The notes under the pieces were generated by a model, which had not been told where the DNA came from, did not search any database, and worked only from the letters and a program-made list of their open reading frames with translations. This document shows positions 9,761 through 17,968 of a stretch of 37,270 nt of DNA, in pieces (the stretch's first letter is position 1; each line of letters begins with the position of its first letter). This stretch comes from an uncultured Methanocellales archaeon (GTDB lineage Archaea > Halobacteriota > UBA148 > JAJOKI01). The position numbers and the translations under genes are program-made. The DNA is taken from assembly GCA_964412405.1 (NCBI GenBank), contig CAYPOB010000003.1:1-37270 (forward strand), in the 5' to 3' direction.

Positions 9761-10825
9761 ATGGGGCTTAAATTTGCGCATTATCCTTTTACCTCTGGCG
9801 CATCCAGATATGTCGAACGCTCGAACAAATCGTTAGATAGCCTGCTGGATGGGGGCGAGTTTGGAAAAGCGGTCATCAATAGGGGGAAAGAAAGGGCGAT
9901 TCAGTCCATCGAAGGCGAGATACAAAAATCGTTTGGAGACGATGTCCTGGCAGAGATAGAGCTTTTCTCATATCCGCTTGCCAGAATTCTCATTTCATGC
10001 ATCGATGATCACTATCTTATACGAAAATATGCGCTTGCCGAGGCAGAGGCAGCGCATGCCCAGATGAAGAAGGAGACCTTACAATCTTTAGGGGAACTGG
10101 GCGAGGAGTTTGGGATAAAACATACAGCTCATGGACGTGATTTTAAAATTCACTTCACACATTATCTGCCGTTTGCCAGCAGGATGCGCGACCTAGAATG
10201 GAAGCTGGTAAATAGGCGCCTTGATGATGGCTATGTGGTGGTGAATAAGGGGGAGTTTGCACGTTTGCTTCAGGAGGCAGTGCGAAACAACATTCAGGAC
10301 ACGCTCCCGCTTGATGTGCCAGAAGGCATTTGCAAGACATTATCTCCACAAATTATGGAGATAAAGCAGCACCTGGAGAAGCTAAAATCTGAATTTAAAA
10401 TAGGGGAATTCGCCGAGGTGGACTCGAACTGCTTCCCACCGTGCATTAGATGTCTGCTAATGGCGATACAAAATGGGCAGAATCTCGCGCACTCTGCAAG
10501 ATTCGCACTGACATCATTTCTGGCGAATATTGGGATGGGGGTGGACGAGATCGTGGAGACATATCGCGCTTCACTGGATTTTGACGAGGAAAGGACCAGA
10601 TATCAGGTCCAGCATATCGTCGGGTCATCCGGCACTGCGTATACTGCGCCGTCATGCGCCACGATGGCTACGTATGGGAATTGCGTTGGAAAGGAGCCGA
10701 TGTGCAGCAGAGTTTCGCATCCACTGAATTTCTATCGAAAAAAATTGTATTTTGACAAGATGAATATGGATAAAAAGAAAGAAAAATCAAAAAACCAAAA
10801 TGAAAAGGAGAAAATGAAAAATTAG
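9761..10825 (+). CDS. priL: DNA primase large subunit PriL
   Basis: Fe-S cluster cysteines are present (CFPPCIRC ... C ... C) along with a conserved HxxGSSG-like block. The ORF opens at a TTG (9746) overlapping the PCNA stop, and the first ATG is at 9761. There is a Lys/Glu-rich low-complexity C-terminal tail. Confidence 0.8.
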   Translation: MGLKFAHYPFTSGASRYVERSNKSLDSLLDGGEFGKAVINRGKERAIQSIEGEIQKSFGDDVLAEIELFSYPLARILISCIDDHYLIRKYALAEAEAAHAQMKKETLQSLGELGEEFGIKHTAHGRDFKIHFTHYLPFASRMRDLEWKLVNRRLDDGYVVVNKGEFARLLQEAVRNNIQDTLPLDVPEGICKTLSPQIMEIKQHLEKLKSEFKIGEFAEVDSNCFPPCIRCLLMAIQNGQNLAHSARFALTSFLANIGMGVDEIVETYRASLDFDEERTRYQVQHIVGSSGTAYTAPSCATMATYGNCVGKEPMCSRVSHPLNFYRKKLYFDKMNMDKKKEKSKNQNEKEKMKN

Positions 10826-10953
10826 GAAATTATCCTTTTGCCACAGGCAGAGACGACTCGATTCTAGAAGAATATAAGAAGTTTTTGAGAAACCAAAGAG
10901 AGTATAAAGAAAAACGATAACTTTAAATATCAATTGATATTGATAATTATCAA

Positions 10954-11154
10954 ATGAAAAGAAAAAATATCAAACGACAAATTAAGGAACATTTTTTTGT
11001 TTTTCCCTCTGTTAAACTAAGAGTTAGACAGGTGGAAAAAGAGTTAAAAGTACCATTACCCTCGGTAATTCGCTATACAAAAGAATTAGAAAAATCTAAA
11101 GCGGAAGTTGAGAAGAATATTTTAGGAAATTATTTGGGCTACATAATGTTATAA
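10954..11154 (+). CDS. small hypothetical protein with a possible winged-helix DNA-binding motif
   Basis: 66-aa ORF in an AT-rich spacer. VRQVEKELKVPLPSVIRYTKELEK resembles the wHTH N-terminal modules of archaeal regulators. A perfect 14-bp palindrome abuts its ATG. Support is weak. Confidence 0.3.
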   Translation: MKRKNIKRQIKEHFFVFPSVKLRVRQVEKELKVPLPSVIRYTKELEKSKAEVEKNILGNYLGYIML

Positions 11155-11198
11155 CATTATATATCATAACAAAGCCACGAATCTGCAAAACATTCCTT

Positions 11199-12314
11199 TT
11201 AAATATAATCTATCATCCTATCTAAAAATCCCTTAGTTGTCTTTGCCTCCTCCCCGCCTTCTTTTACAAATTCTTTCAATAATTCTCCCTGTCTTTTGCT
11301 CAATTTCTTCGGTATCTTGACGACGACGTTTACTAATTGATCCCCTCTTCTACGGGTATGCAAATCGGACATCCCCTGCCCCCTCAGTCTAAACACAGTA
11401 TGGCTCTGCGTTCCCGTAGGCACCTTGATTTTCGCTTTGGATGATATCGTCGTAACTTCGATCTCATCGCCAAAAATCGCCTGTACTAAATTAATCGTCG
11501 ATTCAGATAATAAATCGTTCCCCCTTCTCTCAAATATTTTATGTGGCTTTATATGAATGATAATATACAAATCCCCTGGTGCACCGCCATTATACCCGGA
11601 TTCTCCCTGCCCTCCAATTCTTAAATACTGATTATTGTCAACTCCACTTGGAATTTTAATCTCTACTTTTTTTATCTTTTTAACTCTTCCAGCCCCTCTG
11701 CAAGTATCACAGGCTTTTTCTATGACTTTTCCATATCCTCCACAGTTACCACAGGCGGTGATATTTACCATTTGTCCAAAAATAGACCTTTGCACCCTCT
11801 TAATTTCGCCCGTACCATTGCATTCCGGGCATTCTTTGAGAAAGCCAGGTTTTGCTCCGGTACCCCTACAGGTCTCGCATGTGATAAATACGGGAACATC
11901 TATTTTTTTTGTCGTGCCAGAAAAAGCATCCTCTAAGGAAACTTCCATATCATATCTCAAATCAGCGCCCCTTCTTGTTCTACTCCTGCCACTCCTACGA
12001 CTAAAACCCGAAAAAGCGTCAAAAATATCTCCCAATCCAGAATCTCTGAACAAATCATCAAAATTAAATCCGCGAAAATCAGCGAAATCTTCCGGTTTAA
12101 AGGCAGTATGTCCAAACCGATCGTATTGCGCTCTTTTTTGCGAGTCATTCAAAACCTGAAATGCCTCGTTTATCTCCTTGAATTGTTCCTCATTATCTTT
12201 GCCCGCAATATCTGGGTGGTGCTTCCTTGCCAACTGCTTGAATGCCCTTTTTATCTCTTCTTGTGATGCGTTATTACTCACGCCTAAAATTTCATAATAG
12301 TCCTTTTTTGCCAT
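11199..12314 (-). CDS. dnaJ: chaperone DnaJ (type I)
   Basis: It has a J domain with HPD (KDYYEILGV...HHPDI), a G/F-rich linker and four CxxCxGxG zinc-finger repeats. The ORF opens at TTG 12329, and the ATG at 12314 gives the canonical MAKKDYYEILGV. Confidence 0.9.
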   Translation of the reverse strand: MAKKDYYEILGVSNNASQEEIKRAFKQLARKHHPDIAGKDNEEQFKEINEAFQVLNDSQKRAQYDRFGHTAFKPEDFADFRGFNFDDLFRDSGLGDIFDAFSGFSRRSGRSRTRRGADLRYDMEVSLEDAFSGTTKKIDVPVFITCETCRGTGAKPGFLKECPECNGTGEIKRVQRSIFGQMVNITACGNCGGYGKVIEKACDTCRGAGRVKKIKKVEIKIPSGVDNNQYLRIGGQGESGYNGGAPGDLYIIIHIKPHKIFERRGNDLLSESTINLVQAIFGDEIEVTTISSKAKIKVPTGTQSHTVFRLRGQGMSDLHTRRRGDQLVNVVVKIPKKLSKRQGELLKEFVKEGGEEAKTTKGFLDRMIDYI

Positions 12315-12408
12315 ATTCCAGTCTCTCAAGTTGTGGCCTTAATTGGCGAAATACAAGAAACTACTCCGCAGTTACTTGACTACATAATGCTATACATTAT
12401 ATACTACA

Positions 12409-12439
12409 AGAAAATCCTCATTTCGTTCGGATTAACTTG
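12409..12439 (-). promoter_or_regulatory. 31-nt conserved element directly upstream of the dnaJ TATA-like box
   Basis: The minus strand reads CAAGTTAATCCGAACGAAATGAGGATTTTCT, followed after 2 nt by TAGTATATAATG (12406-12395). It is 29/31 identical to the element at 14931-14961. Confidence 0.4.
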
Positions 12440-12483
12440 TCTATACAAAAAACCCAAGTAGATATAAACTGTTAACTTGCCCT

Positions 12484-14349
12484 TTACTTCGGCTCGTCCT
12501 CTACTTTGTATTCTGCGTCGATGACCTTTTCATCCTTGTGTTTTTCGTCCTCTTCCTTCTGGGATGTCCCCATATCTGCTTGCTGTTGTGTTTGCTGATA
12601 TATGGACGCACCCGCTTCCTGGACGATCTTTGCCAAATTATCCGTTTCGCTTTTTATTTTTTGCACGTCTTCCTCGGATAGGGCATCTTTAAGAGATTTG
12701 ATTCCTTCTTCGATGTTCTCTTTTTGTTCTTTATCCAGTTTATCTCCTATTTCTGATAGCGTCTTCTCGGTTGTGTAAAGTAAAGAGTCGGCATTGTTTT
12801 TTATCTCAACCTCTTCTTTTCTCCTTTTATCCTCTTCGTCATGTTTTTTTGCCTCTTTGATCATCCGCTCTACTTCTTCATCTGAGAGTTTTGTCGAAGC
12901 GGTAATCGTTATCTTCTGCTCTTTTTCAGTTCCCAAATCCTTAGCCGAGACGTTTAAGATGCCGTTAGCATCGATGTCAAAGGTTACCTCTATTTGCGGC
13001 ATCCCTCTTGGTGTGGGAGGTATTCCAACTAAATTAAAATTACCCAGACTGGTATTGTCCTGCGCCATCGATCTCTCTCCTTGCAGGACATTGATGGTAA
13101 CCGCTGTTTGTGAGTCGGCTGCCGTTGTGAATATCTGAGTTTTCTTGATGGGGATTGTAGTATTTCTCTCGATCAGAGGCGTTGTCATACCGCCCAGAGT
13201 TTCTATGCCCAGGGTAAGTGGGGTTACATCCAACAAAACCAAATCCTTAATATCTCCGGCAAGGATTGCGCCCTGTATTGCAGCGCCAGATGCCACACAT
13301 TCCATTGGGTCCACTCCTCCTTCGACTTTTCTTCCCATGAAATCCTCGACAAATTTCTGAACGCGGGGCATTCTCGTAGGACCGCCAACCAAGACGACCC
13401 TATCTATATCATCCTTTGATAATTTGGAATCTTTTATTGCCAGTTCGATCGAATGTTTACATTTATCTATTATGGGCTCAACCAATTTTTCCATTACAGC
13501 CCTGCCAAGCTTCATCGTCAAATGTTTAGGTCCTGAAGAATCAGCAGTTATGTATGGTAAATTGATATCCGTTTCAAGAACAGTTGAGAGTTCGATCTTT
13601 GCTTTCTCTGCCGCCTCTTTGACCCTCTGTAAAGCCATTTTATCTTTCTTTAAATCAACACCTTCTTGCTTTTTGAACTCCTCCGCAATATAATCAACTA
13701 AAACATCGTCCATATCTGTTCCGCCAAGTTGTGTATCTCCAGATGTGGACAGAACTGTAAATACTCCATCACTGAATTCCATTATGGTTACGTCCAGCGT
13801 TCCGCCGCCGAAATCAAAAACTAGTATTTTATACTCTCCTACCTTGTCCAGTCCATATGCCATAGAGGCAGCAGTTGGCTCATTGACCAACCTTATGACA
13901 TCCAAGCCAGCGATTTTTCCAGCGTCTTTAGTCGCAGTTCGTTGATTATCATCAAAATAAGCAGGAACCGTTATCACAGCTTTCTGTACAGGCTCTCCTA
14001 AGAATGCCTCCGCATCTCTTTTAATCTTCTGGAGAATGAAAGCAGAGATTTGCTGAGGACTATATTCTTTGCCATGCACTTTATATTTGTAGTCAGCACC
14101 CATTTTTCGCTTTGCTCTGGTTATCGTTCCTTCCGGGTTTGAAATGGCCTGCCTTTTTGCCGGTTCTCCGACCAGCAACTGTTCATCTTTTGTTAAAGCA
14201 ATAACGGATGGGAATGCCTTACCATACATGGTGACACCTTCTGCCGATGGAATTATAACCGGCTTTCCACCCATCATCACCGCTGCTTGGGAATTCGAAG
14301 TCCCCAAATCAATACCAATTATCTTTTCTATCTTATTCTGTTTGGTCAT
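12484..14349 (-). CDS. dnaK: chaperone DnaK (Hsp70)
   Basis: [19 protein letters not shown] and [10 protein letters not shown] signatures are present. The ORF opens at GTG 14358, but the ATG at 14349 is preceded by AGGTG at about 6 nt. Confidence 0.95.
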   Translation of the reverse strand: MTKQNKIEKIIGIDLGTSNSQAAVMMGGKPVIIPSAEGVTMYGKAFPSVIALTKDEQLLVGEPAKRQAISNPEGTITRAKRKMGADYKYKVHGKEYSPQQISAFILQKIKRDAEAFLGEPVQKAVITVPAYFDDNQRTATKDAGKIAGLDVIRLVNEPTAASMAYGLDKVGEYKILVFDFGGGTLDVTIMEFSDGVFTVLSTSGDTQLGGTDMDDVLVDYIAEEFKKQEGVDLKKDKMALQRVKEAAEKAKIELSTVLETDINLPYITADSSGPKHLTMKLGRAVMEKLVEPIIDKCKHSIELAIKDSKLSKDDIDRVVLVGGPTRMPRVQKFVEDFMGRKVEGGVDPMECVASGAAIQGAILAGDIKDLVLLDVTPLTLGIETLGGMTTPLIERNTTIPIKKTQIFTTAADSQTAVTINVLQGERSMAQDNTSLGNFNLVGIPPTPRGMPQIEVTFDIDANGILNVSAKDLGTEKEQKITITASTKLSDEEVERMIKEAKKHDEEDKRRKEEVEIKNNADSLLYTTEKTLSEIGDKLDKEQKENIEEGIKSLKDALSEEDVQKIKSETDNLAKIVQEAGASIYQQTQQQADMGTSQKEEDEKHKDEKVIDAEYKVEDEPK

Positions 14350-14351
14350 TT

Positions 14352-14882
14352 TTAACACCTTTCACACTTTTTTGAAACTTTCACTTTTGTGTACCTCAAA
14401 ACCCTTGAATGCAATAAATACCCTTTTTGCAGTTCACCTATGATGATACCATCTTCTTTGTCCGAGTTTTCTTTCAGGACAACTTCATGATAATATGGAT
14501 CAAATTTTTTACCCAAACATTCGATCTTTTTCAATCCATATCCCTCTAACATCTTTAAAATATTTTTGTATATTAGTTTCACCCCTCTTAACTCTTCTTT
14601 ATCTTTTACCGAACCCATCGCCCTTTCAAAATCATCGATGATAGTCAACAATTCCTTTATTAACTTTTTGTTGGCGAATTTCATAAATTCCTGTTTTTCT
14701 TTTTCTACCGACTTTTTATAATTCTCAAAATCCGCCTGTAAGTATTTCAGCTGATTTAGATATGCATCAGCTAACTTTGCCCTCTCTTCAAGTTCTTTCT
14801 CTGGTGCCCTACTTTTAAGGGGCATCTTCTTCTCTTCACTTGATTTTTTCTTACCCCGTTTTTCCCGTATCTGGACTGCCAT
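14352..14882 (-). CDS. grpE: nucleotide exchange factor GrpE (intact copy)
   Basis: 176 aa with a long N-terminal helix ([15 protein letters not shown]) and a C-terminal GY.L..RVLR..KVKV beta domain. It lies immediately upstream of dnaK. Confidence 0.9.
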   Translation of the reverse strand: MAVQIREKRGKKKSSEEKKMPLKSRAPEKELEERAKLADAYLNQLKYLQADFENYKKSVEKEKQEFMKFANKKLIKELLTIIDDFERAMGSVKDKEELRGVKLIYKNILKMLEGYGLKKIECLGKKFDPYYHEVVLKENSDKEDGIIIGELQKGYLLHSRVLRYTKVKVSKKCERC

Positions 14883-15056
14883 AATCTATCTCTCTCTTTT
14901 GTTTTAGTATATAAAGTATGACTTTATAATCAAGTTAATCCGAACGAAGTGAGGCTTTTCTCGATGCCATTCTGCACCCGATACTTCTTTTTTTGAGGCA
15001 GATACTTTTATTTTACTGGGACTCCTTTATTTCATCAATTTCGTGGAGGAATATGA
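14585..15056. repeat. direct repeat copy 1 (472 bp): grpE codons 1-99 plus the whole grpE-copA intergenic region up to ATGA
   Basis: By eye it is base-for-base identical to 18654-19038, except that copy 2 lacks 87 bp (14701-14787). Confidence 0.95.
14931..14961 (+). promoter_or_regulatory. 31-nt conserved element in the grpE upstream region (copy 1)
   Basis: CAAGTTAATCCGAACGAAGTGAGGCTTTTCT lies 14 nt from TAGTATATAAAG (14905-14916). Its reverse-complement partner is at 12409-12439. Confidence 0.4.
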
Positions 15057-15193
15057 CGAGATATGGGAATGGTGTGCAGATGATTGGAGAAGCGATCGGA
15101 GGGTATAATAAAAAAGTCATTTTAGGGGTTGCACTTGGTGGAAAGAGGCATATTGAAATGCCTATGAAATATCCGATTTTCAGTGTGTGTTGA
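15053..15193 (+). other. junction ORF (46 aa) starting at the duplicated copA start codon and reading into cassette DNA
   Basis: The ATG at 15053 is the copy of the copA ATG, with the same GGAGG 5 nt upstream. The product MTRYGNGVQMIGEAIGGYNKKVILGVALGGKRHIEMPMKYPIFSVC has no recognisable family. Confidence 0.2.
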
Positions 15194-15233
15194 GGTAATT
15201 TTTACTTAAGTTAGCAGATTCGTTAAAAATAGA

Positions 15234-15252
15234 AAGGTTTATTAATAACCTT
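15234..15252 (+). promoter_or_regulatory. candidate promoter for the hydrogenase genes: TATA-like TTTATTAATA inside an AAGGTT-N7-AACCTT inverted repeat
   Basis: The element is seen in sequence. Its centre lies about 40 nt upstream of the ATG at 15285 and about 25 nt upstream of the GGAGG. Confidence 0.3.
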
Positions 15253-15284
15253 ATTATAATGATGTACAATGGAGGATGTATAAT

Positions 15285-16235
15285 ATGGCACTGGAAGAAA
15301 TAAATCTAATATGGCTTGAAGGTCTGGACTGTGCTGGCTGTACTATTTCTGTCAAACAGGCAAGTAATCCCACACTTATTGACGTTCTAACGGGAGCTAT
15401 TCCAGGGCTTGGGGGGCTGAATCTTGTTTTCCATCAAACCCTTATGTTCGAGTGGGGGGAGGATGCAACAAAGGTTCTCATTGATGCAATGGAAGGAAAG
15501 TATGACCCATTTGTATTGATTCTTGAAGGAGCGATTCCCGACGAGGAAAGGGCAAATCCCGGCAGCTACTGCGTTATTGGCGAGTACGAGGGAAAAACTC
15601 TCACGATTAATGAAGCCATAGATGGTCTATCGAAGAAGTGCGCTGCGGCCGTATCCGTTGGGACATGTGCATCTTTTGGAGGCGTACCCCATGGTAAGCC
15701 CAACCCAACAGGTGCGAAGGGACTCCTGGACTATTTGGGAAAGGATTGGAAAGGCGGGCTGGGTCTCCCTGTCATCTGTATACCTGGCTGTCCCCCCAGA
15801 CCTGATAACATCATACAGGTCCTAGGTCATGCTGTCTTGGCCGCAAGAGGCCTAGCACCACTTCCAGAGCTCGATGAATGGCATCGACCTGTTTATTTAT
15901 ACGGCAATACCTCTCATGAAAACTGTTCAATAGCTGGGCTATTCGCGGGGGGTGTTGCCTCTCATGACTTTGGAGAGAGGGGTTGCCTCGGTCTTGTCGG
16001 TTGTAAAGGCCTCGTTGCCCGTTGTAACGCTCCATCGATGTGGGTGGACGGATATGGAGGTTGCACGAGAACGGGTGCCCCATGCATTGCATGTGCCGAT
16101 CCCAACTTCCCCGACTCACCAACGTCGCCATTCTTCGCCGAAGCTCCTGCGATGGCATATGCCATAGACTTTATACATGGTTTGTGGGGGCACATGAGAT
16201 TCGCTCTTGCGCCCCTTAAAAGGAGGAAGATATAA
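15285..16235 (+). CDS. [NiFe]-hydrogenase small subunit, no Tat signal peptide
   Basis: Motifs present are CAGCTIS, GTCASFGG and IPGCPP (proximal cluster), then H-x2-C, GCLGLVGCKG and CTRTGAPCIAC (distal and medial clusters). The ORF opens at ATG 15276, but ATG 15285 has GGAGG 9 nt upstream. The protein begins 8-11 residues before the first cluster motif, so no twin-arginine leader is possible. Confidence 0.85.
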   Translation: MALEEINLIWLEGLDCAGCTISVKQASNPTLIDVLTGAIPGLGGLNLVFHQTLMFEWGEDATKVLIDAMEGKYDPFVLILEGAIPDEERANPGSYCVIGEYEGKTLTINEAIDGLSKKCAAAVSVGTCASFGGVPHGKPNPTGAKGLLDYLGKDWKGGLGLPVICIPGCPPRPDNIIQVLGHAVLAARGLAPLPELDEWHRPVYLYGNTSHENCSIAGLFAGGVASHDFGERGCLGLVGCKGLVARCNAPSMWVDGYGGCTRTGAPCIACADPNFPDSPTSPFFAEAPAMAYAIDFIHGLWGHMRFALAPLKRRKI

Positions 16236-17968
16236 TGAAGGAAATAACAATTGAACCCATAACGAGAGTTGAGGGACATCTCGGCGCTCACGTGAAGGTG
16301 GACACCAATACGAGAAAAATTATCGATGCACACGCATACAGCCCGATGTTTAGGGGTTTTGAAATCATTCTCATTGGAAGGGAACCATCCGATGCAATCT
16401 ATATTACGCAACGGTGTTGTGGTGTTTGCCCCATTCCTCACGCCTTCTCCGCAACCATAGCTGTTGATCAGATATATGGGGCATCCCCGCCGCCCATGGG
16501 CACCGTTATCAGGAATTTCGTTCATGGTGCAGAGCAGTTATACGATGCAGCGTTGGGTGTTATCAACCTCGAAGGGCCCGATTACAGCGAGGTTGCTGTA
16601 AAGAAGTTTAACCCTGAATGGTGGGAAGTGGCGCAAAAGACAAAGGCATCGAGATCCGATGTTCATGGCTTTGGGACAATCGCCGAAATCATGACCGCAC
16701 TCAATCCACTGGCTGGCGAGCTTTACCTTAGGTCTCTTCTCATCCAAAAGGCTGGGCACAACATGGCTGCGATTTTCGGCGCAAAGCACCCGCATGTCAA
16801 CACCTTCATTCCTGGAGGGGTTGCCAAAGCAAATCTTTCACCATCGGACATTGAATCATATCTCACGCTTCTCATGAGACATATAGCCTTCTCGAAGGAA
16901 CTGGTTACAGCTACTGACGATCTACTCAATTTCGTTCTCGAGCAAGGGTATGGGGACGTAGGTGCGAGAAAGATAAACCTCGGCGCTGTAGGCGTCTATG
17001 ACGACCCAGAGGCGTATTCTGCCGACTATGGCGAGATGACGGAGTGGGGTCGCAAGAGGATGTTGTCCCCTGGAGTAATACTCGATGGCAAACTCGTCAC
17101 AACAGACCTTGTTGAGTACAATGTCGGAGTGCGTGAGTATATCGGGAGTGGCTGGTATTCGAGTGAGTGGAAGCAAGAAATTGAAACCGATCCGTTGGGC
17201 AATACCATATCCTTAGAACACCCATGGAACAAGCGCACGATTCCAAAACCAGGCGAATATGGAAAGTGGGATGCCCCCTACTCTTGGGTCACCTCACCAA
17301 GATGGTGGCACTGGAAGGGGGATGGAGAGGACCACACCATCGAATTTGGTCCACTAGCGAGGATGTGGGTGACCGCAATGGCTAAACTTGTTCCCGAATC
17401 CACGGGTAAGGGCATCAAGTTCGAACTGCCTGCGGCTTTTATTCCTGGTTTCAAGTACGCAGAGGCGATGGAATTTGAGTGGAAAATTCCAGAGAAGCCA
17501 AATGCGGTGGAAAGGATCAGAGCTAGGGCATATTATCACGCATACTCTGCGTCTTGCATGCTGAAGATGGTAATGAAATCTTTAGAACTCTTGAAGGCTG
17601 GCGAGGCGGCGGTATGGACGCACTACAAAAAGCCCAAAGAAGGTATTGGCGTTGGTATGGTTGAAGGTGCGCGTGGTTCCTGTCAACACTGGTGTGTGAT
17701 GAAGAACAACGTCATTCACAACTATCAATATCATGCACCAACAACATGGAATGCATCACCCAGAGACCCTAAGGGCAATCCCGGACCCTACGAAGAAGCC
17801 CTCATTCAGACGCCGATCACCGAAGTTGGCGATCACGAAGGATGGAAAGGCATCGACGTCGTTAGAGTCATAAGAAGTTTTGATCCTTGTTTAGGATGCG
17901 CAGTTGCCGTCCATATTGGTAAGAAAATAGTTAAACACGAGTTACTTCCATTTGCAACGCCGCCGTAG
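16235..17968 (+). CDS. [NiFe]-hydrogenase large subunit
   Basis: It has N-terminal RVEGH, QRCCGVCPIPH and a C-terminal DPCLGCAVAVH followed by a 17-aa extension. It also has the PRD..G..GPYE block. AGGAGG lies upstream, and the start overlaps the small-subunit stop (TAATG). Confidence 0.9.
   Translation: MKEITIEPITRVEGHLGAHVKVDTNTRKIIDAHAYSPMFRGFEIILIGREPSDAIYITQRCCGVCPIPHAFSATIAVDQIYGASPPPMGTVIRNFVHGAEQLYDAALGVINLEGPDYSEVAVKKFNPEWWEVAQKTKASRSDVHGFGTIAEIMTALNPLAGELYLRSLLIQKAGHNMAAIFGAKHPHVNTFIPGGVAKANLSPSDIESYLTLLMRHIAFSKELVTATDDLLNFVLEQGYGDVGARKINLGAVGVYDDPEAYSADYGEMTEWGRKRMLSPGVILDGKLVTTDLVEYNVGVREYIGSGWYSSEWKQEIETDPLGNTISLEHPWNKRTIPKPGEYGKWDAPYSWVTSPRWWHWKGDGEDHTIEFGPLARMWVTAMAKLVPESTGKGIKFELPAAFIPGFKYAEAMEFEWKIPEKPNAVERIRARAYYHAYSASCMLKMVMKSLELLKAGEAAVWTHYKKPKEGIGVGMVEGARGSCQHWCVMKNNVIHNYQYHAPTTWNASPRDPKGNPGPYEEALIQTPITEVGDHEGWKGIDVVRVIRSFDPCLGCAVAVHIGKKIVKHELLPFATPP

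Noticed and set aside
15962-16525. 187-aa minus-strand ORF spanning the hydrogenase small/large subunit junction
   Set aside because: It is antisense to two genes with unambiguous motifs, and no family is recognisable.
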